Below, piece after piece: positions 1 to 10,703 of a stretch of 64,000 nucleotides of DNA (position 1 is its first letter; the number at the start of each line of letters is the position of its first letter). A program made the translations under genes and the position numbers. The notes beneath the pieces are model-generated. The model ran no database searches and was not told the origin of the DNA. It worked only from the letters and a program-made list of their open reading frames with translations. Source of the DNA: Clostridia bacterium (GTDB lineage: Bacteria; Bacillota; Clostridia; Oscillospirales; CAG-272); contig JAFVSI010000015.1 in the NCBI GenBank assembly GCA_017503865.1, forward strand, positions 7,175-71,174. The letters run 5' to 3'.

Positions 1-1443
1 AAATCAAAAATCGAAATGAAGGAAACCGGCACAGTCATTCTTGTCGGTGACGGAATCGCACGCGTTTACGGTCTTCGTGACTGTATGTCGAGCGAGCTTC
101 TTGAGTTTGAAGACGGAAGCTTTGGAATGGCACAAAATCTCGAGACTGAAACTGTTTCTGTTGCCCTTCTTTCAGATACAAATAACATTCGTGAAGGCTC
201 TGTTGTAAAAAGAACGGGAAAAGTTCTTTCCGTGCCAGTTGGAGAAGCTATGCTCGGAAGAGTCGTAAATGCTCTCGGCGAAGCAATTGACGGCAAGGGC
301 TCTATAATAACAACAACTTCCCGTCCTATAGAATCAGAGGCTCCGGGAATCATCGAAAGAAAGAGTGTTTCGGTTCCCTTGCAGACCGGTATAAAAGCTA
401 TTGACAGTATGATACCTATTGGAAGAGGTCAAAGAGAGCTTATTATCGGTGACAGACAAACAGGTAAAACTGAAATAGCGATCGACACAATTATTAACCA
501 AAAGAACACCGGTGTTATTTGTATATACGTAGCGATTGGTCAGAAAAACAGCTCTGTCGTCCAGCTTGCAAACGAGCTTACAAGATCGGGGGCTATGGAA
601 TATACCATCATCGTATCGGCATCGGCATCAGAGTCCGCACCGCTTCAATACATTGCTCCTTATTCCGGTTGTGCAATGGCAGAATACTTTAGAGAACAAG
701 GCAAGGACGTCCTTATCATATACGACGATCTTTCAAAGCACGCGGTCGCATACCGTGCCCTTTCGCTTCTTATCAGGCGTCCCCCTGGACGTGAAGCATA
801 TCCCGGAGACGTGTTTTATTTGCACTCCCGCTTGCTTGAACGTGCAGCTTGCGTTGCTCCCGAGTACGGCGGCGGTTCTATTACCGCTCTTCCGCTTATC
901 GAAACACAAGCCGGCGACGTGTCTGCATATATCCCCACAAACGTAATTTCCATAACAGATGGACAGATATTTCTTGAAACAGAGCTTTTCCACGCAGGAG
1001 TTATGCCTGCTATAAACCCCGGAATTTCGGTCAGCCGAGTCGGTGGTTCTGCTCAGCTTAAGGGAATGAAAAAGGTTGCGGGTGAGTTAAAGCTTCTCTA
1101 CTCTCAGTACAGAGAGCTTCAAGCTTTTGCACAGTTTGGAAGCGATCTTGACGCTGATACTAAGGCACGTCTTGCCCTTGGTGAGAGAATAGTTGAGGTT
1201 CTAAAGCAAGGCAGAAATTCACCTATAAGAGTTGGTTGTCAGGTTGCGATAGTTTATGCGGTAATTAACGGTTATCTCAATGACACACCCGTTTCTAAGG
1301 TCAAGGAATACGAAAGAAAGCTTTATGAATTGCTCGAAAACAAATATTCAGACTTCCTTGAACGCGTTGAGGCAAATTATTGGGATGAGAGTGAAATTGA
1401 AGCTCTCAAATCAGCACTGAACGAGCTTAGCTCGAAGAGGTAA
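1..1443 (+). CDS. atpA: F-type ATP synthase alpha subunit (5' end cut by window edge)
   Basis: Frame of ORF 16..1443 stays open back to nt 1. Walker A GDRQTGKT and alpha signature [24 protein letters not shown]. Followed by gamma, beta, epsilon in canonical order. Confidence 0.97.
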   Translation, partial: KSKIEMKETGTVILVGDGIARVYGLRDCMSSELLEFEDGSFGMAQNLETETVSVALLSDTNNIREGSVVKRTGKVLSVPVGEAMLGRVVNALGEAIDGKGSIITTTSRPIESEAPGIIERKSVSVPLQTGIKAIDSMIPIGRGQRELIIGDRQTGKTEIAIDTIINQKNTGVICIYVAIGQKNSSVVQLANELTRSGAMEYTIIVSASASESAPLQYIAPYSGCAMAEYFREQGKDVLIIYDDLSKHAVAYRALSLLIRRPPGREAYPGDVFYLHSRLLERAACVAPEYGGGSITALPLIETQAGDVSAYIPTNVISITDGQIFLETELFHAGVMPAINPGISVSRVGGSAQLKGMKKVAGELKLLYSQYRELQAFAQFGSDLDADTKARLALGERIVEVLKQGRNSPIRVGCQVAIVYAVINGYLNDTPVSKVKEYERKLYELLENKYSDFLERVEANYWDESEIEALKSALNELSSKR

Positions 1444-1446
1444 GCT

Positions 1447-2256
1447 ATGGCAGCAGATATTAAACAACTGCGGACACGAATTAAAAGTGTCGATTCAACC
1501 TTGCACCTAACAAAAGCAATGGGACTTGTTGCTTCTTCAAAGATCAGAAAAGCAACCGATTCCATGAACAAAGGCAAGCAGTATGCTAATGCTTTCGAGG
1601 AAACTGTTGGACTTCTTGCCTCATACAAGGAATGCCAAAAGAGTCCTTATATGAAACATAGATGTTCCGAGAATGAAAAGCTTTGCCTTGTAGTAATTGC
1701 AGGTGACAGAGGTCTTGCGGGCGGATATAACGCTAACATTTTCAGGTTACTTCGTGAATTTGAAGGTGCAGATATTATCCCGATAGGTAAACGTGCTTGT
1801 GAAAGATTTGGCGATAAGTTTATCGGTGCTGAAGCCTTTAAGTATGCAGACGCAAAAGAAATTGCCGACACGATTTGCAAAGATTTTGTTGATGAAAAAT
1901 TTGACAGGTTCGGGATAGTTTGCACAAAATACAATTCACTTATGTCTCAAGAGGCATATGTAAAATGGGTTCTTCCCCTCGCAAAAGACGAGCAAAGCAA
2001 ATCTGCAAGTGCTATCTTTGAGCCCGATGAGATAACGGTTCTAAATTCAATTATCCCAGACTACGTCGCAGGAATGATAATTTCGGCTGTTAAAGAAAGC
2101 TTTGCTTCCGAAGTAGCGGCAAGACGTGTTGCTATGGATAGTGCCGGAAAGAATGCTCAAGAAATGATAGACCGTCTCGGTCTTGAATACAACCGTGCAC
2201 GACAAGGTTCGATCACTCAGGAGATCACTGAGATCGTCGCGGGCAGCGGAATATAA
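1447..2256 (+). CDS. atpG: ATP synthase gamma subunit
   Basis: 269 aa. N-terminal LRTRIKSVDSTLHLTKAM and C-terminal YNRARQGSITQEITEIVAG helices typical of gamma. Located between alpha and beta. Confidence 0.93.
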   Translation: MAADIKQLRTRIKSVDSTLHLTKAMGLVASSKIRKATDSMNKGKQYANAFEETVGLLASYKECQKSPYMKHRCSENEKLCLVVIAGDRGLAGGYNANIFRLLREFEGADIIPIGKRACERFGDKFIGAEAFKYADAKEIADTICKDFVDEKFDRFGIVCTKYNSLMSQEAYVKWVLPLAKDEQSKSASAIFEPDEITVLNSIIPDYVAGMIISAVKESFASEVAARRVAMDSAGKNAQEMIDRLGLEYNRARQGSITQEITEIVAGSGI

Positions 2257-3935
<1,679 letters not shown>

Positions 3936-3955
3936 ACCATTTTAAAACAAAACAT

Positions 3956-3998
3956 AACGGAAGCACCGAGCTCAAAAATACTTGGGGCTTCCGTTTTA
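3956..3998 (+). terminator. Intrinsic terminator after the atp operon
   Basis: Long hairpin: aacggaagc (3956..3964) pairs with gcttccgtt (3987..3995), with an extended inner stem, followed by a short T run. Confidence 0.6.
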
Positions 3999-4029
3999 GG
4001 TATTTAGCAAATATCCATATATTTGATTG

Positions 4030-4058
4030 TTGACAATGCACTATATATGAAGTATAAT
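4030..4058 (+). promoter_or_regulatory. Sigma-A type promoter of the rnf operon
   Basis: Perfect TTGACA (4030..4035), 17-nt spacer, perfect TATAAT (4053..4058), about 100 nt upstream of rnfC. Confidence 0.75.
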
Positions 4059-4156
4059 ATATGGTGGATTAGTTTAAATCTTTTTTAGATTTTTACTAAA
4101 ATTTTTTCTAATTTTTGAATACAATTCCAAAAATAATTATAGAAAGGTAGAAAATA

Positions 4157-5476
4157 ATGGCTTTTTCTCTCAATGGGGTTCACACACCCCACAGAAAAAA
4201 TACCCAAAACAAGGCGACCATCCGTATGCCTCTTCCTGACTCGGTAACAATTCCGATGTCAATGCATATCGGTGCACCGGCTACCCCCATAGTAAAAATT
4301 GGAGATACTGTTAAAACAGGCACAAAAATTGCTGAGGCGACAGGATACGTATCGGCTCCAATATATTCAAGCATCTCGGGAAAGGTTACGAAAATCAAAG
4401 ATTTTCTTTTAAGCAATGGCTCGACAACACAGGCTATCGTCATTGAGTCGGACGGCGAGGGATCAGTTGATGACTCTATCTTCCCCCCCGTTGTCGATTC
4501 CAAAGAGTCACTTATAGCCGCTATCAAAGAAAGTGGTATCGTAGGCCTTGGCGGTGCAGGATTTCCTACACACGTAAAATTTAACGTTGATCCCGAGAAA
4601 ATAGACTATCTCATCATTAACGGTGCAGAGTGTGAGCCGTATGTAACGAGCGACACTGTTACGATGGTATCACGTACCGAGGATATGAAGATTGCTCTCA
4701 GCATAATTTGCGAGTTTTTTGGCATAAAAAACGTTATCGTAGGTGTTGAAAGTAACAACAAGACAGCGATATCCTCTATGAAGTCTTTTGCACAAGACAT
4801 GTCAGACGTTTGCAAAGTTGACGTTAAGGTTCTCCCTGCTCTTTATCCTCAGGGTGGTGAAAAGGTACTTATATATCACACAACCGGAAGAATAGTTAAA
4901 CTCGGAATGTTACCTATTGACACGGGTTGCATCGTAATAAACTGTACTACTCTCGCAGCTATCGGCAATTATCTTACAACAGGTATGCCTCTTATTGAAA
5001 AGTGCGTTACTGTTGACGGCGGTGCCGTCAGCGAGCCTCAAAACGTTATCGTTCCTATTGGAGCTCCTTTAGCGAACGTGTTTGAATTTTGCGGCGGTCT
5101 CAAAACCGAGCCTGCAAAAATCATATACGGCGGACCTATGATGGGATTAACCGTTCCCAATATGGACCAGCCTATTCTTAAGAACACAAATGCAGTTCTC
5201 GCTCTCACAGAAAAGGAAGCTTGGCTTCCCAAAACTACCGCTTGTATACGTTGCGGAGCTTGTACTAACACTTGTCCCTTCGGTATTGCTCCCGCTTTGA
5301 TAGAGCGAGCATATGACAAGAACGACATAGAAGAGCTTGAAGCACTGAACGTGGATGCTTGTATGGAATGCGGTTGCTGTAGCTTTGTGTGCCCTGCTAA
5401 CAGACCTCTTGTTCAAAAGAACAAGCTTTCAAAAGCAGTTTTAAAAAACGCTAAATCTAAGGGGGAGAAAAAATAA
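4157..5476 (+). CDS. rnfC: Rnf complex subunit C
   Basis: 439 aa. GLGGAGFPT nucleotide/FMN-binding motif. Two ferredoxin motifs, CIRCGACTNTCP and CMECGCCSFVCP. First gene of the C-D-G-E-A-B order. Confidence 0.96.
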   Translation: MAFSLNGVHTPHRKNTQNKATIRMPLPDSVTIPMSMHIGAPATPIVKIGDTVKTGTKIAEATGYVSAPIYSSISGKVTKIKDFLLSNGSTTQAIVIESDGEGSVDDSIFPPVVDSKESLIAAIKESGIVGLGGAGFPTHVKFNVDPEKIDYLIINGAECEPYVTSDTVTMVSRTEDMKIALSIICEFFGIKNVIVGVESNNKTAISSMKSFAQDMSDVCKVDVKVLPALYPQGGEKVLIYHTTGRIVKLGMLPIDTGCIVINCTTLAAIGNYLTTGMPLIEKCVTVDGGAVSEPQNVIVPIGAPLANVFEFCGGLKTEPAKIIYGGPMMGLTVPNMDQPILKNTNAVLALTEKEAWLPKTTACIRCGACTNTCPFGIAPALIERAYDKNDIEELEALNVDACMECGCCSFVCPANRPLVQKNKLSKAVLKNAKSKGEKK

Positions 5477-6405
5477 TGTCGAATAATCTTAAACTTTCAG
5501 TTTCTCCTCATATCCATAGCGGAAACTCAACCTCTACTATTATGCTTGACGTAATAGTCGCTTTGATACCTGCAACGGTTGCAGGATGTATTATATTCGG
5601 ACTTCGCTCTTGCTTAGTTCTTGCCGCTTGTATCGTAAGCTGTGTTTTATTTGAGTTTCTTTATAATTTGATACTTAAAAAGGAACAAACGATTGGTGAC
5701 TTCAGTGCTGTGGTTACAGGCTTATTGCTCGGTCTTAACCTTCCGGCAAATATTCCGATTTGGCAGTGTATCATCGGTTCGTTTATTGCAATTATTATAG
5801 TAAAGTGCCTTTTTGGCGGAATTGGATGTAACATTGTAAATCCTGCTATTACTGCAAGAGTGTTTATGCTCGTTTCCTTTGGAACGATGACTACCGCTGC
5901 TATGCCGACCGTTGTCGACACAGTTGCAGGTGCTACCCCACTTTCTGCCGAAACAATCGAGCAGTCTATTGGTGAGCTCTTTCTTGGACTTAAAGGTGGT
6001 GCTATCGGTGAGACTTGTATATTAGCTTTAGTAGTCGGTCTTGTGTACTTACTTGTGCGTAAGGTGATTAGTTGGCATATACCTCTTACTTTTATAGGTA
6101 CTGTTTACATTTGCTCCTTCTTTATGGAAGGACTTGATCCTATAAAGGCACTCGCTATGATTCTCTCGGGCGGTCTTTTCATCGGTGCAATTTTTATGGC
6201 AACCGACTACGTAACATCTCCTTCAACAGCTTGGGGCAAAGTAGTATTCGGTGTCGGTGCCGGTTTGCTTACCTTCCTCATTAGATACTTCGGTGACTAT
6301 CCCGAAGGCGTTTCCTTTGCTATTCTCTTTTTCAATATTCTTACACCTTATATTGAAAAATGGACTAAGCACAAAGTATTACTTGCAGGGGGTAAAAAAG
6401 CATGA
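5476..6405 (+). CDS. rnfD: Rnf complex subunit D
   Basis: 309 aa polytopic NqrB/RnfD family protein. Flavinylation-type motif DTVAGATPL and conserved FMATDYVTSP. TAATG overlap with rnfC. Confidence 0.95.
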   Translation: MSNNLKLSVSPHIHSGNSTSTIMLDVIVALIPATVAGCIIFGLRSCLVLAACIVSCVLFEFLYNLILKKEQTIGDFSAVVTGLLLGLNLPANIPIWQCIIGSFIAIIIVKCLFGGIGCNIVNPAITARVFMLVSFGTMTTAAMPTVVDTVAGATPLSAETIEQSIGELFLGLKGGAIGETCILALVVGLVYLLVRKVISWHIPLTFIGTVYICSFFMEGLDPIKALAMILSGGLFIGAIFMATDYVTSPSTAWGKVVFGVGAGLLTFLIRYFGDYPEGVSFAILFFNILTPYIEKWTKHKVLLAGGKKA

Positions 6406-7589
6406 AGAGTTTAATCAAAAGTGTTATAACCCTTGTTTGCGTTTGTGCTGTAATGGCATCCTTGCTCGCAGTTGCAAACATCATTACTGCTCCTATTATT
6501 GAAAAAAACAACAATGCCGCAGCAAACGAGGCGTTACTTCAGGTAATGCCTGAGGGCGAAGGTTTTGAAGAGATAGACATATCAAAATTTGAACTTCCTG
6601 CTACAGTTGCCCAAGCATATAAAGAAGCAAACGGCGGTTACGTCTTTAGACTTGTAACCACAGGTTATAAATCAAATTTTATTATAATGTGTGGCATCAA
6701 TGCTGACGGAACAGTTAGCGGTGCTATTTGCTTGAGTTCAAACGAAACACTTGGTAAGGAAAAAACGTTTGGCGAAAACTTTGTTGGCAAGAATAGCGAC
6801 GAAGTAGATACAGTTGATATTATTTCAGGTGCAACTAAAACAACTGAGGCATATCGCAACGCTGTCAAGGATGCACTGAATTCCGCTATAATTCTTGGCG
6901 GTGGCTCTGTTGACATTCGTACAGAAGAGCAAATCCTTGCAGATAATCTTTCTTCGGCTCTTCCTTCGGCAAATGGAAAATTCACAAAACTATTTATCGT
7001 CGAGACCGTCGAAGGCATTGACAAAATTTATGGTGCCACGAATGAAACCGGCTACGTTTGCGTGGTAGGCGAAGAATTTATAGGTGTAGATAACAATGGA
7101 AACGTTATCACCGAAACATCTGCTGAGAATTCACAGAATATCGCCGCACAAATAGCAAAAATCAAGTCGTCTACTATTGAAAAGCTTGATATTTCAGGCT
7201 ATACAAATATTCACAAAAACGTAATTTCTATATCAAAGACTGCTTCCGGAAACTACGTTGTTGAAACTAAGGGGGCAGGATACGGCATAAAAGGTGATGA
7301 TACTTATCATCCCATCTCAGGTGAATATATTGTTGTACGCGTTTCTATGACAAAGGACGGAAAGATTATTGATTGCTTAACCGTTTCTCAAGCAGAAACT
7401 GATGGCATCGGTTCAGCCTGTGCCGATGAAAAGTTCTACGGTCAGTTTGTCGGTAAAAACGAATCAAACTATACCGAAGTAGATGCTATCTCGGGTGCAA
7501 CAATGACCACCGATGGATATAAAAATGCTATAAAATACGCATTTGATGCTGTAAAAATAATTGAAGGGGGTTCGACTGATGCAGAATAA
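6402..7589 (+). CDS. rnfG: Rnf complex subunit G, double-length with two FMN_bind modules
   Basis: 395 aa. N-terminal TM anchor. Two flavinylation motifs: DIISGATKTT (SGAT at 6825..6836) and DAISGATMTT (SGAT at 7491..7502). ATGA overlap with rnfD. Confidence 0.93.
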   Translation: MKSLIKSVITLVCVCAVMASLLAVANIITAPIIEKNNNAAANEALLQVMPEGEGFEEIDISKFELPATVAQAYKEANGGYVFRLVTTGYKSNFIIMCGINADGTVSGAICLSSNETLGKEKTFGENFVGKNSDEVDTVDIISGATKTTEAYRNAVKDALNSAIILGGGSVDIRTEEQILADNLSSALPSANGKFTKLFIVETVEGIDKIYGATNETGYVCVVGEEFIGVDNNGNVITETSAENSQNIAAQIAKIKSSTIEKLDISGYTNIHKNVISISKTASGNYVVETKGAGYGIKGDDTYHPISGEYIVVRVSMTKDGKIIDCLTVSQAETDGIGSACADEKFYGQFVGKNESNYTEVDAISGATMTTDGYKNAIKYAFDAVKIIEGGSTDAE

Positions 7590-8268
7590 AAGTAATATGT
7601 CGGTTTTTCTCAAGGGCATACTAAAGGAAAATCCTGTACTCGTTCTTATACTCGGCACTTGTCCCACTCTCGCTACAACAACAACTGTAACGGGTGCCTT
7701 TGGTATGGGTATCGCAGCCCTTGTAGTTTTAATATGTTCAAACGTTTTTATTTCTTTACTTCGTAAGATAATTCCTGACAACGTAAGAATCCCTTGCTAT
7801 ATAGTTATTATAGCGGGATTTGTAACTATCGTTCAAATGATAGTAAAGGCTTTTTTCCCTGTTATTGACAGCTTGCTTGGTGTTTATCTACCGCTTATCA
7901 CGGTAAACTGTATAATTCTTGGTAGAGCTGAAATGTTCGCAAGTAAAAACAACGTAGTGAAATCTGCACTTGACGGAATGGGTATGGGCATAGGCTTCAC
8001 TCTTGCTCTTTGCGGTATGGCTTTTATTAGAGAGGTGTTCGGAAATGCAACCTTTGCAGGCATTGAAATTCCCTTCCTTGTACCCTACAAGATTGATTTT
8101 CTCGTTAAGTCTCCCGGTGGATTACTCGTCTTTGGTATGCTCATAGCCCTTGTATACGTTCTTACACACGGAAAGGCACCAATCAAACGTGAATTCTCTT
8201 GTGCGGGTTGCCCATCTGCAGGAAGCTGCCATACCGGCAGCTGTCAGTTGAAAGGAGATGAGCAATGA
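7579..8268 (+). CDS. rnfE: Rnf complex subunit E with Cys-rich C-terminal tail
   Basis: NqrD/RnfE family (ILGTCPTLA, PLITVNCIILGRAE). I prefer ATG 7579 (RBS GAAGGGGG at 7563..7570) over the TTG at 7561 in the ORF track. Tail CAGCPSAGSCHTGSC lies within 8188..8265. Confidence 0.93.
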   Translation: MQNKSNMSVFLKGILKENPVLVLILGTCPTLATTTTVTGAFGMGIAALVVLICSNVFISLLRKIIPDNVRIPCYIVIIAGFVTIVQMIVKAFFPVIDSLLGVYLPLITVNCIILGRAEMFASKNNVVKSALDGMGMGIGFTLALCGMAFIREVFGNATFAGIEIPFLVPYKIDFLVKSPGGLLVFGMLIALVYVLTHGKAPIKREFSCAGCPSAGSCHTGSCQLKGDEQ

Positions 8269-8864
8269 TGGATATTAAGAATTTAATTGTAATTTTGCTT
8301 TCATCAGTGCTTGTTAACAACTACGTTCTGACTCGTTTCCTCGGCATTTGTCCCTTCCTCGGTGTATCAAAAAAGATTGACCAAGCAATGGGAATGGGTA
8401 TTTCAGTAACAATTGTAATGCTTCTTGCTACAGCTGTAACTTGGCCTATCCAAAACTTTATTCTCGACGCTTTCGGTCTTGGATACATGCAGACAATTGT
8501 ATTTATACTTGTTATTGCTTCGCTTGTTCAGATGCTCGAGCTTGTCCTCAAGCGTCTTATCCCCTCGCTTTATAAGGGACTTGGAGTCTATCTTCCCCTT
8601 ATTACAACAAACTGTGCTGTTCTCGGTGTAACGATAAACAACATCGAAGACGGATTTACTTTTATTGAATCTATGGTAAGCACACTCGGTTGCGGTCTCG
8701 GATTTTTACTTGCAATGCTTCTCTTCTCCGGTATTCGTTCGAGAATTGACGAAAGAAATATAGCAAAACCTTTTCAGGGAATCGCAATAACCCTTATCGC
8801 AGCATCCTTCCTTTCCCTTGCATTCATGGGATTTGGTGGCATAGTCGAAAACATTTTTGCATAA
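8265..8864 (+). CDS. rnfA: Rnf complex subunit A
   Basis: 199 aa NqrE/RnfA family (LGICPFLGVS, PLITTNCAVLG). Start overlaps the rnfE stop. Confidence 0.95.
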   Translation: MMDIKNLIVILLSSVLVNNYVLTRFLGICPFLGVSKKIDQAMGMGISVTIVMLLATAVTWPIQNFILDAFGLGYMQTIVFILVIASLVQMLELVLKRLIPSLYKGLGVYLPLITTNCAVLGVTINNIEDGFTFIESMVSTLGCGLGFLLAMLLFSGIRSRIDERNIAKPFQGIAITLIAASFLSLAFMGFGGIVENIFA

Positions 8865-8877
8865 GGGGGTAACAGGT

Positions 8878-9708
8878 ATGTATGATATTTTAATTGCTTT
8901 TGCAATTGTCTCTGCTGTTGGTCTTATTGCAGGTATCCTTCTTGCTCTTCTCTCTCATCTTCTACATATCGAAGATGACAAAACCGTTAAAGCAGTGCGA
9001 GAATGCCTACCTGGCATAAATTGCGGTGCTTGCGGATTCAAGGGATGCGATGATTATGCCGCTGCCCTTGCAGAGGGAAAGGCTAAACCAAATCTTTGCG
9101 TTCCTGGAGGTCAAGCGGCGGCTGACGAGATAGGTAATATTCTTGGTATAACAGTTGAACCTCTTAAAGACGTTGTTGCTTTCGTTCACTGCAACGGCAA
9201 CTGTGAAGTAACTACGAAAAAGGCTGTTTACGAGGGTGTTAAGACCTGCCGTGCCGCTTCACAGGTTTATGGCGGCCCAGACACTTGCAGATTCGGTTGT
9301 ATCGGATTTGGTGACTGTGCTATAGCTTGTCCTTCAAATGCTATATGTATGAGAGACGGAATTGCACACGTTGACACAAGTAGATGTCTCGGTTGCGGTC
9401 TCTGCCAAACCATCTGCCCCAAAAAGCTTATTTCGATGGTTCCTCAGGAAACTGCCGCTGTAATTATGTGTAATAACAAGGACAAAGGAGCGGACGCAAG
9501 AAAGGTTTGCAAAAATGCTTGTATCGGCTGCAAAAAATGTGAAAAAACTTGTCCTCAAAATGCTATTACAGTTGTGGATAATTTGGCGAAAATTGATTAT
9601 GATAAGTGTACGGGATGCGGTGCTTGCATGCAAAGCTGTCCTACAGGATGCTTAAAGAAGGTATTTTTCCCGAATCTTGAAGAAGATTTCGGTCCGGAGA
9701 ATCTATAA
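8878..9708 (+). CDS. rnfB: Rnf complex subunit B (polyferredoxin)
   Basis: N-terminal TM helix, CGACGFKGC cluster, and four CxxCxxCxxxCP-type motifs (CIGFGDCAIACP, CLGCGLCQTICP, CIGCKKCEKTCP, CTGCGACMQSCP). ATG 8878 has an AAGGGGG RBS; the ORF-track start at 8857 is a TTG inside the rnfA end. Confidence 0.94.
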   Translation: MYDILIAFAIVSAVGLIAGILLALLSHLLHIEDDKTVKAVRECLPGINCGACGFKGCDDYAAALAEGKAKPNLCVPGGQAAADEIGNILGITVEPLKDVVAFVHCNGNCEVTTKKAVYEGVKTCRAASQVYGGPDTCRFGCIGFGDCAIACPSNAICMRDGIAHVDTSRCLGCGLCQTICPKKLISMVPQETAAVIMCNNKDKGADARKVCKNACIGCKKCEKTCPQNAITVVDNLAKIDYDKCTGCGACMQSCPTGCLKKVFFPNLEEDFGPENL

Positions 9709-9712
9709 AATT

Positions 9713-10132
9713 ATGTTTAATTCAAAAAACAGTATGCCCACTGCCAAAAGCAGTGGGCGTAAATCAAGAAACGATATTATACTTTTAGGGGTGCTAATAT
9801 TCGCTATTTCTATAATAGCCTTGCTTTTATATCTATTCAGTGAAACGTCGAACTCGGTAACGGTAACAATTGACGGCAAGCTATACGGAACATACCCTCT
9901 AAACGAAAATATAACTTTTGATATAAATACAGGTACCGATAATAAAGAGATCAATCGCTTGGTTATTGTGGACGGTAAAGCCTATATATCCTTTGCAACT
10001 TGCCCTGACGGTATTTGTGCAAAGCATCGACCGATTTCACGCACAGGTGAAAGCATTATCTGCTTGCCTCACAAGGTTGTTGTAAAAACCAATTCAAATA
10101 CCGAGAGTATTATTCCTGACATAGTAGCTTGA
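9713..10132 (+). CDS. NusG domain II-containing membrane-anchored protein (DUF1312-like)
   Basis: One N-terminal TM helix, then VTVTIDGKLYGTYPL...CPDGICAKHRPISRTGESIICLPHKVVV, the pattern of the NusG_II family. ATG 9713 lies 4 nt after the rnfB stop; the ORF-track start at 9677 is a TTG inside rnfB. Confidence 0.75.
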   Translation: MFNSKNSMPTAKSSGRKSRNDIILLGVLIFAISIIALLLYLFSETSNSVTVTIDGKLYGTYPLNENITFDINTGTDNKEINRLVIVDGKAYISFATCPDGICAKHRPISRTGESIICLPHKVVVKTNSNTESIIPDIVA

Positions 10133-10145
10133 TGGGAGAATTTTT

Positions 10146-10649
10146 ATGAAACGATCAGCAAATAAAGTTGCTTTGCTTGGCTTATGTACGGCACTCGCTT
10201 TGATACTTGCGTACGTTGAAGTGCTTTTACCACCGGTTTTTGCTGCCGTTCCCGGTATAAAGCTTGGTCTTCCGAATATAGTCATAATTTTTGTTCTTTA
10301 CAAATTCGGCATTTCTTCGGCAGCAACCGTTTCCTTTATCAGACTAATTGCCGTATCAATTCTTTTTGGTAATTTTATGGCCTTTGCATACAGCGTTGCA
10401 GGTGCTTTACTCAGTCTTTTATTTATGTCAATTCTATTTAAGCTTGACTTGTTTTCAACAGTTGCGGTCAGTGTTGTAGGCGGTGTTCTCCACAACGTTG
10501 GACAGGTTCTTATGGCAATAATTTTACTTGACACTGTCGAGATAGGATATTATTTAATTGTACTATCGGTAACAGGAATAATTTCAGGTGCTTTGGTAGG
10601 TCTTTGCGGTGCCCTTGCCATAAATCGACTTGATATAAATAACTCTTGA
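10146..10649 (+). CDS. Gx transporter family protein (heptaprenyl diphosphate synthase component I-like fold)
   Basis: 167 aa, about 5 TM helices. N-terminal ALLGLCTALALILAYVEVLLPP...PGIKLGLPNIV matches my recollection of this family. It usually sits beside NusG_II and ApbE genes. Confidence 0.75.
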   Translation: MKRSANKVALLGLCTALALILAYVEVLLPPVFAAVPGIKLGLPNIVIIFVLYKFGISSAATVSFIRLIAVSILFGNFMAFAYSVAGALLSLLFMSILFKLDLFSTVAVSVVGGVLHNVGQVLMAIILLDTVEIGYYLIVLSVTGIISGALVGLCGALAINRLDINNS

Positions 10650-10674
10650 CTAACATATACAGATATGATATAAT
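10646..10674 (+). promoter_or_regulatory. Internal sigma-A type promoter ahead of the FMN_bind-like lipoprotein
   Basis: TTGACT (10646..10651), 17-nt spacer, TATAAT (10669..10674). GGAGGTG RBS precedes ATG 10704. Confidence 0.6.
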
Positions 10675-10703
10675 CTAAACAATAAAAAAATTGGAGGTGT
10701 TTT

